Shown: piece after piece, positions 17,716 through 27,912 of the stretch | How positions within the stretch are numbered: the first letter of the stretch is position 1 | How the letters are laid out: every line of letters begins with the position of its first letter | NCBI GenBank assembly: GCA_043747595.1 | Contig: JAYTOX010000054.1 | Coordinates: 3,287 to 67,286, forward strand | DNA: 64,000 nucleotides | Direction of reading: 5' to 3' | Source: Bacteroidota bacterium | GTDB lineage: Bacteria > Bacteroidota > Bacteroidia > AKYH767-A > 2013-40CM-41-45 | Notes under the pieces: model-generated | What the model was told of the DNA's origin: nothing | Seen by the model: only the letters and a program-made list of their open reading frames with translations | The model's database searches: none | Translations under genes and position numbers: made by a program

Positions 17716-20181
17716 ATGAAAATGAACTTTCGTTTGCTTTTAACTGCATGTTTATTATTTGCAGCTTCATTAACTTTTGCTCAACGAGGCCCGACATATC
17801 AAGCCGATCTTGCATTCGACAAAGGCGATTATTACGATGCCGCTTCACTTTACAAGAAAGCTTTTACCAAAGAAAAAAATAAAGTTAAAAGAGCGGAGAT
17901 CATTTATAAGGTAGCTGAATCCTATCGATTGACGAATGATTACAAGAATCAGGAAGTTTGGTATGCTAAATCGATCAAGGCCGGCTACAAAAACGCAGAT
18001 GCTATTCTTCATTATGCTGATGCATTAAAAATGAATGGCAAATACGATGAAGCAATTGTCCAATACACTGCTTTTCAAAAAGACGCTTCAGGTGATCCTC
18101 GAGGAGATCTAGGCATCCAATCTAGTCAACAAGCACAAAAGTGGAAAGATAAACCAACACGTTGTCGCGTAACAAATGTAGCTCCTATCAATACAAAATA
18201 TTCTGACTTTGGTGCTTCGTTTTCTCACAAAGATCATCGTCATTTAATATTTACATCTGCTCGTCAGGAGTCGATAGGAAAAAATAATGATGGCGGTACA
18301 GGAGAAAAATTTCAAGATCTTTATGAATCGATAGTCGACAAAAAAGGAAAATGGAGTAGTCCAAAACCATTATTAGAACCAATCAATTCAGGATCGAATG
18401 ATGGAAGCGCTACAATGGATTCAAAAGGTATCGATATGTTTTTTACTCGTTGCGATGCAGAGAAAAATAAAAACGGAAGTTGTTTGATTTATTATACAAA
18501 ACGAAAAGGAGCTACATGGGACGAGCCCAAATTAATTCCTCTTTCAAGCGACAGTTTTACAGTAGGTCAACCATCACTTTCAGCAGATGAGCAGACACTT
18601 TATTTTGTTTCAAATATGTCAGGCGGTCAAGGTGGAAAAGATATTTGGCTTACCAAATTCGACAAGAAATCGAAGTCGTGGGGAACACCGGTGAATGCGG
18701 GCGATAAAATCAACACAGAGTTTGATGAAATGTTTCCTTACATAGCCGCAGACAATACACTTTATTTTTCTTCCAAAGGACACGTCGGTATGGGAGGATT
18801 GGATATTTTTTCTGCCAAACAAACGAATGGAATTTTCGATGAGCCGGTAAATCTGAAATATCCGATCAATACTTCATACGACGATTTTGCTTATATCGTA
18901 GACGATTTAACAGGAGACAAAGGTTATTTAAGCTCCGATCGTGATGGAGGAAAAGGTAGCGATGATATTTATTCATGGAGCTTACCACCGCTCCTCTTTA
19001 CTGTTTCAGGAAAAGTTTTTGATGCCGATACAAAAGGAAATGTGGAAGGTGCTACTATTGAATTATTCGGAAGTGATGGGAGTTCAATTCCTATTAAGAC
19101 AGACAAAACAGGAGCGTATAAATTCGACTTAAAGCCGGAAACATCCTATCGTTTATCGGCAACGATGCCGAATTATTTGAATAAATATATTGAAGTATCG
19201 ACGGTTGGAATTGAGCAATCGAAAGATTTCATTGGAGATTTCGACTTTGCACTTCGATCTACTTTACGTGCAATTGAATTGCCGGAAGTGTATTATGATC
19301 TTGCTAAATGGGACTTACGACCAGAATCAAAAAAGGCATTGGATGGATTAGTAGAAACATTAAAAGAGAATCCGACGATTGTAGTAGAGATCGGTTCGCA
19401 TACCGATTCACGACCGATACCAATGACGAACGACACACTTTCAAAAAGAAGAGCTGAGTCTGTAGTAAAATATTTAGTTCAACATGGAATTGAGAATGAC
19501 CGATTAAGTTTTAGAGGTTATGGTGCAACCACACCACGCTCACTCGATAAAGACCAAGGAAGTTTTAAATCTGGCGATGTTTTAAATGAAGCATTCATCA
19601 ATAACCTATCTTCTACTAAATTAAAAGAAGAAGCACATCAGATGAATCGCCGTACAGAGTTTAAAGTATTGCGAACAAATTATGTGAAAGGACAATCGGC
19701 TACAGACGATATTGATTTGCAAGCACCAACGAAAACAATTGCCGATACATCAACAATGAAACCGGTAGAAGATATTAATGTTGCGAAGCAAGTAGATGTG
19801 AAAGATGCGGCAACAGGTGAAGTAGTAACACCAAATCAACCAATGCCTGCAATGCCTACAGGTCCCGGTGAATTATATGTTGCTAAGAAAAATGATACTT
19901 ACAATACCATTGCAAAAACATATAGTATCACAGTGAAAGATTTGAAGACTTTAAATGGTCTGAAAGGTGAACAAATATTTGATGGAATGGAATTGAAAGT
20001 AACTGTAGGAGGTGACTATACAGAGTACGACAAAAAATTTCACACATTAGAAAAAGGAGAAGATAGCTATAGTGCTGTAGCTAAAAAGTTAAGCATGAAA
20101 GCAGCCGATCTGAAGAAATTGAATAAAGGGGTTGATGATAATACCTTCCGTCCCGGAAAGAAAATAAGGATAATGCAATAA
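17716..20181 (+). CDS. Multidomain OmpA-family protein (signal peptide, TPR, TolB-like beta-propeller, carboxypeptidase-regulatory-like domain, OmpA_C, two LysM)
   Basis: 821 aa with signal peptide MKMNFRLLLTACLLFAASLTFAQ. The OmpA_C signature is ...GSHTDSRP...LSKRRAESV...NRRTEFKVL. The C-terminal LysM-like units are YVAKKNDTYNTIAKTYSITVKDLKTLNGL and HTLEKGEDSYSAVAKKLSMKAADLKKLN. Confidence 0.85.
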   Translation: MKMNFRLLLTACLLFAASLTFAQRGPTYQADLAFDKGDYYDAASLYKKAFTKEKNKVKRAEIIYKVAESYRLTNDYKNQEVWYAKSIKAGYKNADAILHYADALKMNGKYDEAIVQYTAFQKDASGDPRGDLGIQSSQQAQKWKDKPTRCRVTNVAPINTKYSDFGASFSHKDHRHLIFTSARQESIGKNNDGGTGEKFQDLYESIVDKKGKWSSPKPLLEPINSGSNDGSATMDSKGIDMFFTRCDAEKNKNGSCLIYYTKRKGATWDEPKLIPLSSDSFTVGQPSLSADEQTLYFVSNMSGGQGGKDIWLTKFDKKSKSWGTPVNAGDKINTEFDEMFPYIAADNTLYFSSKGHVGMGGLDIFSAKQTNGIFDEPVNLKYPINTSYDDFAYIVDDLTGDKGYLSSDRDGGKGSDDIYSWSLPPLLFTVSGKVFDADTKGNVEGATIELFGSDGSSIPIKTDKTGAYKFDLKPETSYRLSATMPNYLNKYIEVSTVGIEQSKDFIGDFDFALRSTLRAIELPEVYYDLAKWDLRPESKKALDGLVETLKENPTIVVEIGSHTDSRPIPMTNDTLSKRRAESVVKYLVQHGIENDRLSFRGYGATTPRSLDKDQGSFKSGDVLNEAFINNLSSTKLKEEAHQMNRRTEFKVLRTNYVKGQSATDDIDLQAPTKTIADTSTMKPVEDINVAKQVDVKDAATGEVVTPNQPMPAMPTGPGELYVAKKNDTYNTIAKTYSITVKDLKTLNGLKGEQIFDGMELKVTVGGDYTEYDKKFHTLEKGEDSYSAVAKKLSMKAADLKKLNKGVDDNTFRPGKKIRIMQ

Positions 20182-20186
20182 CACAA

Positions 20187-20224
20187 AAAGAAAGGCTGTC
20201 TGTAAAGGCAGCCTTTCTTTTTTC
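20187..20224 (+). terminator. Rho-independent terminator after the OmpA-family gene
   Basis: AAAGGCTG stem, 10-nt loop, CAGCCTTT stem, then a T-rich run. Confidence 0.75.
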
Positions 20225-20330
20225 ATCTAAATCAAGAACAATATTCGCTTTCTTTAAATTTCACCAATTTCACTCTAAATTCGGCTATCACAGAATGGTT
20301 CAAAATGCCTTAAAATAGCTTCGTATTTTG

Positions 20331-20338
20331 TACTTTTG
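20331..20338 (+). promoter_or_regulatory. -7 promoter box TActTTTG for purM
   Basis: Exact TAnnTTTG match 21 nt upstream of the ATG at 20359. Confidence 0.4.
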
Positions 20339-20358
20339 CGAACGAGCCAACAATCACC

Positions 20359-21561
20359 ATGAATACTTCAGAGAATTATGCAAAAAGAGGAGTTTCTTCT
20401 TCGAAAGAAGATGTTCATGCAGCTATAAAGAATTTGGATAAAGGGTTGTTTGAAGATACCTTCTGTAAAGTAGTTCCTGATTATTTAACGGGAGACCAAG
20501 ATCATTGTGTGGTGATGCATGCAGATGGAGCAGGCACTAAATCATCGTTGGCTTATGCATATTGGAAAACAACAGGCGACTTATCAGTTTGGAAAGGCAT
20601 TGCGCAAGATGCAGTAATAATGAATGTAGATGATTTGATTTGTGTAGGAGCAGTAGACAACATATTATTATCATCAACCATTGGTCGAAATAAAAATCTA
20701 ATTCCCGTCGAAGTGATTAAAGCGATCATAGAAGGAACCGAAGAAATACTTGAGACACTCAGAAGTAATGGGATCAACATACATTCAACAGGAGGAGAAA
20801 CAGCCGACGTAGGTGATTTAGTAAGAACAGTGATTGTAGACTCTACAGTGGTTTGCAGAATGGAACGTTCGAAAATAATTCGTACCAATAAAATAAAAGC
20901 AGGCGATGTTATTATCGGACTTTCGTCTTTCGGGAAAGCGACGTATGAGCAAGAGTACAACGGAGGAATGGGAAGTAATGGGTTAACATCAGCTCGTCAT
21001 GATGTATTTTCTAAAGAGCTTGCACTTCAATTTCCGGAAACGTTTGATCATTTGATAGATGATGCATTGGTGTATTCCGGAAGTAAAAAACTTACAGACA
21101 AAGTAGCAATTACTTATCTAGATGAATTTCGAAGTCTACAACAGGAAAATATAGATGCAGGAAAATTAGTCCTATCCCCTACTCGAACATACGCACCAAT
21201 CATTAAAAACATACTCGATGAATTAGTAGGAGATATTCATGCTATAATACATTGCAGTGGCGGTGGGCAAACAAAAATAAATCACTTTAACAAAAATTTA
21301 TTGATAGTTAAAGACAACTTGTTTGAAGTTCCTGTATTGTTCAAGATGATTAAAGAAGAAAGTAACACAGATTGGTCTGAAATGTATCGTGTTTTTAATA
21401 TGGGACATCGGATGGAAATTTATTGTGAAGAAAAGTTTGCATCAAAAATTATTAAAATAAGTCAGTCGTTTAATGTTGATGCGAAGATTATAGGAAAGTG
21501 TGAATCATCGAAGAAACCGGGATTAAAAATAATCACCGATCGCGGTGAGTTCAATTACTAA
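20359..21561 (+). CDS. purM: Phosphoribosylformylglycinamidine cyclo-ligase (AIR synthase, long Bacteroidetes form)
   Basis: 400 aa. YAKRGVSSSKEDVHAAIKNLDKGLF...HADGAGTKS shows the AIR synthase N- and C-domain pattern. Confidence 0.8.
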   Translation: MNTSENYAKRGVSSSKEDVHAAIKNLDKGLFEDTFCKVVPDYLTGDQDHCVVMHADGAGTKSSLAYAYWKTTGDLSVWKGIAQDAVIMNVDDLICVGAVDNILLSSTIGRNKNLIPVEVIKAIIEGTEEILETLRSNGINIHSTGGETADVGDLVRTVIVDSTVVCRMERSKIIRTNKIKAGDVIIGLSSFGKATYEQEYNGGMGSNGLTSARHDVFSKELALQFPETFDHLIDDALVYSGSKKLTDKVAITYLDEFRSLQQENIDAGKLVLSPTRTYAPIIKNILDELVGDIHAIIHCSGGGQTKINHFNKNLLIVKDNLFEVPVLFKMIKEESNTDWSEMYRVFNMGHRMEIYCEEKFASKIIKISQSFNVDAKIIGKCESSKKPGLKIITDRGEFNY

Positions 21562-21597
21562 TTTTATCATTGGTCAATCGACCACAAGAATATTAAA

Positions 21598-22671
21598 ATG
21601 TTAATAGACAAACTAGAATTAATTAAAATACGATTTGAAGATGTTGAAAGAGAAATAAGTTCTCCGGAGGCAACAGCAGATATGAAACGATTTGCACAAT
21701 TGAACAGAGAGTACAAAGAATTGCAAGTTATCGTAGAGCGATTGAATGTATATAAAAACATCAATAGCAATTTAGAGTTGGCAAAACAAGTTGTTTCTAC
21801 AGAGAAAGATGAAGAATTTCGTGAGTTAGCAAAAGCTGAAGTCGATGAACTTTCCATACAAAATGAAAAATTAGAAGAAGAGATAAAATTGTTGCTTCTA
21901 CCTTCCGATCCTGAAGATCAGCGTAACGCAATTATGGAAATTCGTGCCGGAACAGGTGGCGATGAAGCATCATTGTTTGCAGGAGAAATGTATAGAATGT
22001 ACTCTAAGTTTTGTGAGCGTAAAGGATTAAAAACAGAGTTAGTCGATTTTACAGATGGAACATCGGGTGGTTTCAAAGAAATTATTTTTAATGTGAATGG
22101 ACCGGGTGCGTATGGAATTATGAAATACGAAAGTGGCGTTCATCGCGTTCAACGAGTACCGCAAACTGAAACACAAGGAAGAGTACATACATCTGCAGCC
22201 ACTGTTGCAGTTTTACCTGAAGCAGATGAATTTGATGTTGATATCAAAACGAATGATATACGTAAGGATTTGTTTTGTTCGAGTGGTCCGGGAGGACAAT
22301 CGGTGAATACTACTTATTCAGCAGTTCGATTGACACACATACCATCAGGAATAGTAGCACAATGTCAGGATCAGAAATCGCAGATTAAAAATTATGAAAA
22401 AGCATTAGCAGTTTTACGATCGAGAATTTACGAAGTGGAGTATAACAAGATGATGGAAATACGAGCGAAAAAAAGGAAGACAATGGTTTCTAGTGGCGAT
22501 AGATCAGCAAAAATCAGAACCTATAATTTCCCTCAAAGTAGAATTACCGACCATAGAATTGGCTTGACCATGTATAATCTACAAACCTTTATGGATGGCG
22601 ATATAGAAGAAATGATAAGTGCATTACAAGTAGCAGAGAATGCAGAACGATTAAAAGAAGGAATGATTTAA
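21598..22671 (+). CDS. prfA: Peptide chain release factor 1
   Basis: 357 aa. Contains VQRVPQTETQGRVHTSAATV (the RF1 PxT-type tripeptide region) and the GGQ motif SGPGGQSVN. Confidence 0.95.
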   Translation: MLIDKLELIKIRFEDVEREISSPEATADMKRFAQLNREYKELQVIVERLNVYKNINSNLELAKQVVSTEKDEEFRELAKAEVDELSIQNEKLEEEIKLLLLPSDPEDQRNAIMEIRAGTGGDEASLFAGEMYRMYSKFCERKGLKTELVDFTDGTSGGFKEIIFNVNGPGAYGIMKYESGVHRVQRVPQTETQGRVHTSAATVAVLPEADEFDVDIKTNDIRKDLFCSSGPGGQSVNTTYSAVRLTHIPSGIVAQCQDQKSQIKNYEKALAVLRSRIYEVEYNKMMEIRAKKRKTMVSSGDRSAKIRTYNFPQSRITDHRIGLTMYNLQTFMDGDIEEMISALQVAENAERLKEGMI

Positions 22672-22715
22672 ACAGTTCTTGCATTCATTTTACCTATTAC
22701 ATCAAAGAAAAAAGT

Positions 22716-24788
22716 ATGCTTACAGCAACTTCTAAAAAAATTCAGTCGACAATCGACAAAGGAATCCTTAGAGACGCATTTGAATTAATGTGTACTGCAC
22801 GTTCTATGTCAGATCTTTTTGAAGCTAAGTCACAGATCACACAGAAATATGTTCATGCAACTTCAAGAGGCCATGAAGCGATTCAAATAGCCCTTGGAAT
22901 GCAGCTAAAACCATACGACTATCTGTCTGCCTACTATCGCGATGATAGTATTTTACTCAGCATAGGAATGCAGCCGTATGAATTGATGCTTCAACTTTTG
23001 GCAAAAAGAGACGATCCATTTTCAGGAGGAAGAACTTATTATTGCCACCCAAGTTTAAACAGAAACGACAAACCAAAAATTCCACATCAGTCATCAGCAA
23101 CAGGAATGCAAGCGATACCTGCAACAGGAATAGCGATGGGAATTCAGTATAAAGAAAAAATTGGCATTGCAGAAGGAGACGATAAAGGAATTGTTGTTTG
23201 TTCGCTAGGCGATGGATCAATAACAGAAGGAGAAGTAGCAGAAGCATTTCAAATGGCAGTGTTGAAAAAGATGCCAATACTTTATTTGGTTCAAGACAAT
23301 GAATGGGATATTTCTGCACATGCAAAAGAAGTGAGAGCGATGGATGCGCCTGAATATGCGAAAGGCTTTCCCGGATTGGAAGTACGATCGATTGATGGCA
23401 CAGATTTTAAAAAGAGTTATGAGACCATTCAAGAAGTTATAGAACTGATCAGAACCGAGCGTCGTCCTTTTTTAGTACATGCAAAAGTTCCACTCTTAGG
23501 ACATCATACAAGTGGTGTACGGAGAGAATGGTATAGACATGATTTAGAAGAGCATCAAAAGCGAGATCCTTTTCCTCGATTTAAAAAAGAGTTGATGGAT
23601 GAAGGATTTGATAAAACCATGCTCGATGAAATTCTAACCAATGCCGCAATAAGAGTGAATGATGATTTCGAGCGAGCATTAAAAGCAGAAGACCCACGAC
23701 CGGAAGATTTATTTACGTTTGATTATGCACCAACGCCGATTACAGAAGAAAAAGGAGAGCGAGAACCGGCAGGGAAAGAAAAAACATTAATGGTAGACTG
23801 TGCATTATTTGCAGTACAAGAATTAATGACGAAGCATAAAGAGTGTTTATTATATGGGCAAGATGTAGGTGGAAGATTAGGAGGCGTGTTTCGCGAAGCT
23901 GCAACATTAGCGCAAAAGTTTGGCGACGACAGAGTATTCAATACACCGATTCAAGAAGCATTTATTATTGGGAGCACCGTAGGAATGAGTGCGGCAGGCT
24001 TAAAACCGATAGTAGAAGTTCAATTCGCAGATTACATTTGGCCAGGATTAAATCAACTATTTACAGAAGCTAGCAGGAGTTATTATTTGAGTAATGGAAA
24101 GTGGCCTGTTAATTCGATCATACGCGTTCCAATAGGAGCGTATGGCAGTGGAGGCCCATACCATTCGTCGAGTATTGAAAGTGTACTTACAAATATTAGA
24201 GGTATCAAGATAGCGTATCCATCGAATGGTGCAGACTTGAAGGGTCTTATTAAGTCAGCTTATTACGATCCCAATCCGTGTGTTATATTAGAACATAAAG
24301 GATTGTATTGGTCAAAAATAAAAGGAACAGAAGAGGCAAAAACAATTGAACCTTCAGAAGATTATGTGATACCATTTGGAAAGGCGAGAACAATTTTAAA
24401 TGCCGAACCCGGGAACGAAACAACGCTAGCCGTTATTACCTATGGCATGGGCGTGTATTGGGCAAAGGCTGCTGCAAAAAAATTCGCAAATAGAATAGAG
24501 ATTTTAGATTTACGAACATTGATGCCACTCGATGAAAATGCAATTTTACAAGCGGTGAAAAAGCATGGTCGTTGTTTGGTAGTTACAGAAGAGCCGGTAA
24601 ATAATTCATTTGCTCAATCGATTGCGGGGATGATCTCAGAGAAATGTTTTGAAAGTTTAGATGCACCGGTAAAAGTTATCGGTTCGGAAAACTTACCGGC
24701 AATTCCTCTAAATTCAATTTTAGAATTTACTATGATTCCAAATGCAGATAAGGTAGAGTTGGCCTTGCAGGAATTATTAAACTACTGA
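22716..24788 (+). CDS. 2-oxoacid (branched-chain keto acid type) dehydrogenase E1 component, fused alpha/beta subunits
   Basis: 690 aa. The N-terminal half has the TPP-binding alpha pattern (GDGSITEGEVAEAFQMA). The C-terminal half is beta-like (LLYGQDVGGRLGGVFREA...NTPIQE). Confidence 0.88.
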   Translation: MLTATSKKIQSTIDKGILRDAFELMCTARSMSDLFEAKSQITQKYVHATSRGHEAIQIALGMQLKPYDYLSAYYRDDSILLSIGMQPYELMLQLLAKRDDPFSGGRTYYCHPSLNRNDKPKIPHQSSATGMQAIPATGIAMGIQYKEKIGIAEGDDKGIVVCSLGDGSITEGEVAEAFQMAVLKKMPILYLVQDNEWDISAHAKEVRAMDAPEYAKGFPGLEVRSIDGTDFKKSYETIQEVIELIRTERRPFLVHAKVPLLGHHTSGVRREWYRHDLEEHQKRDPFPRFKKELMDEGFDKTMLDEILTNAAIRVNDDFERALKAEDPRPEDLFTFDYAPTPITEEKGEREPAGKEKTLMVDCALFAVQELMTKHKECLLYGQDVGGRLGGVFREAATLAQKFGDDRVFNTPIQEAFIIGSTVGMSAAGLKPIVEVQFADYIWPGLNQLFTEASRSYYLSNGKWPVNSIIRVPIGAYGSGGPYHSSSIESVLTNIRGIKIAYPSNGADLKGLIKSAYYDPNPCVILEHKGLYWSKIKGTEEAKTIEPSEDYVIPFGKARTILNAEPGNETTLAVITYGMGVYWAKAAAKKFANRIEILDLRTLMPLDENAILQAVKKHGRCLVVTEEPVNNSFAQSIAGMISEKCFESLDAPVKVIGSENLPAIPLNSILEFTMIPNADKVELALQELLNY

Positions 24789-24876
24789 CTACAAGACTTT
24801 GTTAGAATTTGTAAAACATGATGAATTGTAATCAGATGTAAATTGAAAAATGAATTGAAAAAAAACTGACATTTTT

Positions 24877-25662
24877 TCATCTTTTGTTGTATGACATTCC
24901 TTGCAATTTCAATGATGTAGAAATTAATGTCTCGCTTTCAGACAACAATCGTTCACCAACGGGATCTAATAAATGTCGTTCGTTGATTCGAGGATTTTTA
25001 ATTTTATTTGAAATAGGATACGCATTCATTTCATCGGAGGGAAAAGGTTCTAAGAGAGAAGTGACCTCATTTAGATGTTCCGCTTTTAACCAACGATTTT
25101 CACTGCTACGAGATAAGATTACAGGAGAACGGTGGTGGCCGATCATTTGAATTAGCGGGTTAGCCACAGTCGTAATAATTGCAAATGAATTAGTGATTGC
25201 TCCACTAGTGGGGTCAGTCCATTTTTCCCAAATACCTGCAAAAGCAAAAGGTCTTTTTTGATCACGCAAATAAACGACATAAGGTTTATCTAGCCCATCC
25301 TTTTGCGAACCTTCAATAAAAGCATCAGCAATCACCAAACATCGCTGGCTTCTTATTGGTCGTTTGAAAGATGGTTTTGAAATGATGCCTTTTCCTCCGG
25401 TATAGTTCGGATCGTTTTCTGGATTTCCATCGCCTTCAGAACGAGCATTGAATAAATACATTTTTTTCTTTGCCCAAAATGGAGTTAGTCCAAATTGAAA
25501 AAACTGAACTTTGTTTGGTTCATCGTTGGTGATCACCGGCGCATAAGCACCGGGACCAAGGTTGAATGAAGGCAAAATGTTCAAGGGAAGTTCAGGCACA
25601 GAAACATTAAATCGTTTCTCTATCACTTCAACACTACTTACAACGACATATCGACCACACAT
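24877..25662 (-). CDS. SOS response-associated peptidase (SRAP/YedK family, abasic-site DNA-protein crosslinking)
   Basis: 261 aa starting MCGRY (catalytic Cys2), the hallmark of the SRAP family. Its start is only 6 nt downstream of paaY. Confidence 0.85.
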   Translation of the reverse strand: MCGRYVVVSSVEVIEKRFNVSVPELPLNILPSFNLGPGAYAPVITNDEPNKVQFFQFGLTPFWAKKKMYLFNARSEGDGNPENDPNYTGGKGIISKPSFKRPIRSQRCLVIADAFIEGSQKDGLDKPYVVYLRDQKRPFAFAGIWEKWTDPTSGAITNSFAIITTVANPLIQMIGHHRSPVILSRSSENRWLKAEHLNEVTSLLEPFPSDEMNAYPISNKIKNPRINERHLLDPVGERLLSESETLISTSLKLQGMSYNKR

Positions 25663-25668
25663 TTTAAA

Positions 25669-26262
25669 TTAATTTCTTTTCCACGTTTTATAAATGTCTT
25701 GTTGCTTTGGCAATTCGGCAGGCACTTCTCGTAAAGGCTCGCATGCTTTCAAAGAAGCATAAAGCTCAGAAGGTAAATCTTGATAAAGTTTTGTTCCTTT
25801 TCTTTTCCACTCAATCATTTCATCAGAAACATCTTTGATTATTTTCGCCGGATTCCCAACAACAATTTTTCGCTCAGGAATTATCATACCATCAGGCACA
25901 AAACACAAAGCACCAATAATTGAATGATCGCCTATTATTACATTATCCATTACAACCGCATTCATTCCTACAAGTACGTTTTCTCCAATGGTTCCACCAT
26001 GAATAATTGCACCATGACCAATATGAGCATCCTTTTTTAAAAGAACAGTTACACCGGGAAACATATGAATGGTACAATTCTCTTGCACATTACAACCATC
26101 GCTAATAATTATTTGTCCCCAATCGCCTCTAAGAGCAGCACCCGGACCGATGTAAACATTTTTCCCAATAATTACATTACCTGTAACTGTTGCATTCGGA
26201 TGAACGAATGACGATTGATGAACGACAGGTTTATAACCATTGAATTCAAAAATATTTGCCAT
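25669..26262 (-). CDS. paaY: Hexapeptide-repeat (gamma-carbonic-anhydrase-like) protein PaaY
   Basis: 197 aa. It aligns by eye with E. coli PaaY (...SFVHP.A...G.V.IGK.VY.GP.A.LRGD.G.I...NVQ.NC..H...IGH.AI.HG...VGMNAVVMD). It sits in the paa operon. Confidence 0.8.
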   Translation of the reverse strand: MANIFEFNGYKPVVHQSSFVHPNATVTGNVIIGKNVYIGPGAALRGDWGQIIISDGCNVQENCTIHMFPGVTVLLKKDAHIGHGAIIHGGTIGENVLVGMNAVVMDNVIIGDHSIIGALCFVPDGMIIPERKIVVGNPAKIIKDVSDEMIEWKRKGTKLYQDLPSELYASLKACEPLREVPAELPKQQDIYKTWKRN

Positions 26263-26271
26263 AATATAAAT

Positions 26272-27477
26272 TTAAACTTTTTCAATTATTACTGCATAAC
26301 CCTGCCCTACTCCAATGCACATTGTAACGAGTGCATATTTTTTATTTTTTTCTTGTAATTCTATAGCAGCAGAGCCTAAGATTCTGGCCCCTGTCATACC
26401 CAACGGATGACCTAAAGCAATTGCTCCGCCATTAGGATTAATTCTATTATCATCATCTTTCAATCCCCATGAACGAATTACAGCAAGAGATTGTGAAGCG
26501 AATGCTTCATTCAATTCGATAATATCAATATCGTTGAAAGAAAGTTTGGCTCGTGCCAAGGCAATATTCGCTGCTTCAACAGGACCAATTCCCATAATGC
26601 GAGGCTCTACTCCTACGACAGCCGACGAAATAATTTTAGCAAGAGGTTTTAGTTTGTATTTATCGATTGCTTCTTGTGACGCCAATAGTAATGCTGCTGC
26701 ACCATCATTTAAGCCGGCAGAATTTCCTGCGGTAACAGAACCATCTTTCCGAAAGGCCGGTTTTAATTTTGCCAAACCATCGAGTGTAGTATCGGGTTTC
26801 ATAAATTCGTCTTTAGCAAAACGAATTGCATCACCTTTTTTTTGAGGAATCTCTACAGAAATAATTTCTTTTTCAAAGCGACCATTTGCTTGCGCATGTT
26901 TTGCTTTCTGTTGACTATTATAACTAAATTTATCTTGATCAGCTCTTGAAATATGATCGCGGTCGACTAAATTTTCTGCCGTATCTCCCATTGCTTCGAT
27001 ACCAAACATTTCTTTCATTTTCGGATTAGCAAATCGCCATCCAAAACTACTATCGAACATTTGTGCATCGCGACCATAAGGAGTAGATGTTTTGGAAATA
27101 ATCCATGGCCCTCGTGTCATATTTTCAACGCCACCGGAAATTGCGAGTTCGGCATCACCAACCATAATACCGCGAGCAGCGGCGATGGTAGCAGACAGGC
27201 CGGAAGCACACAAACGATTCACCGTTTCTCCCGGAACATTGATAGGTAATCCGGCCATTAAAGAGGCCATCCGTGCAACATTCCGATTATCTTCTCCGGC
27301 TTGATTAGCGCATCCAAGAATAACATCTTCTGTTTTTGAAAAATCGACCGAAGGATTTCGTTTAATTAATTCTTTCAATACGATTACAGCAAGATCATCG
27401 GTTCTAACCGCTGCAAGCGTACCACCAAAACTACCAATAGGAGTTCTAATATAATCTACTATAAAGACTTCTTTCAT
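26272..27477 (-). CDS. paaJ: 3-oxoadipyl-CoA / 3-oxo-5,6-dehydrosuberyl-CoA thiolase
   Basis: 401 aa. Thiolase motifs are present: NRLCASGL (active Cys), GHPLGMTGAR and CIGVGQG. The gene context is paa. Confidence 0.85.
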   Translation of the reverse strand: MKEVFIVDYIRTPIGSFGGTLAAVRTDDLAVIVLKELIKRNPSVDFSKTEDVILGCANQAGEDNRNVARMASLMAGLPINVPGETVNRLCASGLSATIAAARGIMVGDAELAISGGVENMTRGPWIISKTSTPYGRDAQMFDSSFGWRFANPKMKEMFGIEAMGDTAENLVDRDHISRADQDKFSYNSQQKAKHAQANGRFEKEIISVEIPQKKGDAIRFAKDEFMKPDTTLDGLAKLKPAFRKDGSVTAGNSAGLNDGAAALLLASQEAIDKYKLKPLAKIISSAVVGVEPRIMGIGPVEAANIALARAKLSFNDIDIIELNEAFASQSLAVIRSWGLKDDDNRINPNGGAIALGHPLGMTGARILGSAAIELQEKNKKYALVTMCIGVGQGYAVIIEKV

Positions 27478-27486
27478 AATTAAATT

Positions 27487-27909
27487 TTATAACTCCCAAT
27501 TTTTAGGAGTTCTGTAAACAGTTCCTTTGAACAAAGCAACTGTTTCTTGATTTTGATTAATAATTTTGACTTCATATATACCAATTTTATCCGTCAAGGA
27601 AAGTTCTTCAGCTGATGCAGTAATAACATCACCTTCTTTCAAAGATTTGGTATGAGAAATACTTGTTTCAATAGAAACAGCCATTCGTCCGTGAGAGTTA
27701 GACGCAAAAGCCAATGCACTATCGGCAAGAGAATAAGTTATACCACCATGAGCAATCCCAAATCCATTAAGCATTTCTTTTTTTACAGACATTCGCAGAA
27801 TGCATTTTCCCGATTCGACTAAAATTTTTTCGATGCCAAGCCATTGACTAAACCAATCGGCTTCGAACATTTTATCAACTACTTTTTCTGCAATTGTATT
27901 TTCAGCCAT
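27487..27909 (-). CDS. paaI: Hydroxyphenylacetyl-CoA thioesterase PaaI (hotdog fold)
   Basis: 140 aa. GIAHGGITYSLADSALAFA matches the PaaI/4HBT-type thioesterase pattern. The gene context is paa. Confidence 0.8.
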   Translation of the reverse strand: MAENTIAEKVVDKMFEADWFSQWLGIEKILVESGKCILRMSVKKEMLNGFGIAHGGITYSLADSALAFASNSHGRMAVSIETSISHTKSLKEGDVITASAEELSLTDKIGIYEVKIINQNQETVALFKGTVYRTPKNWEL

Positions 27910-27912
27910 TGA

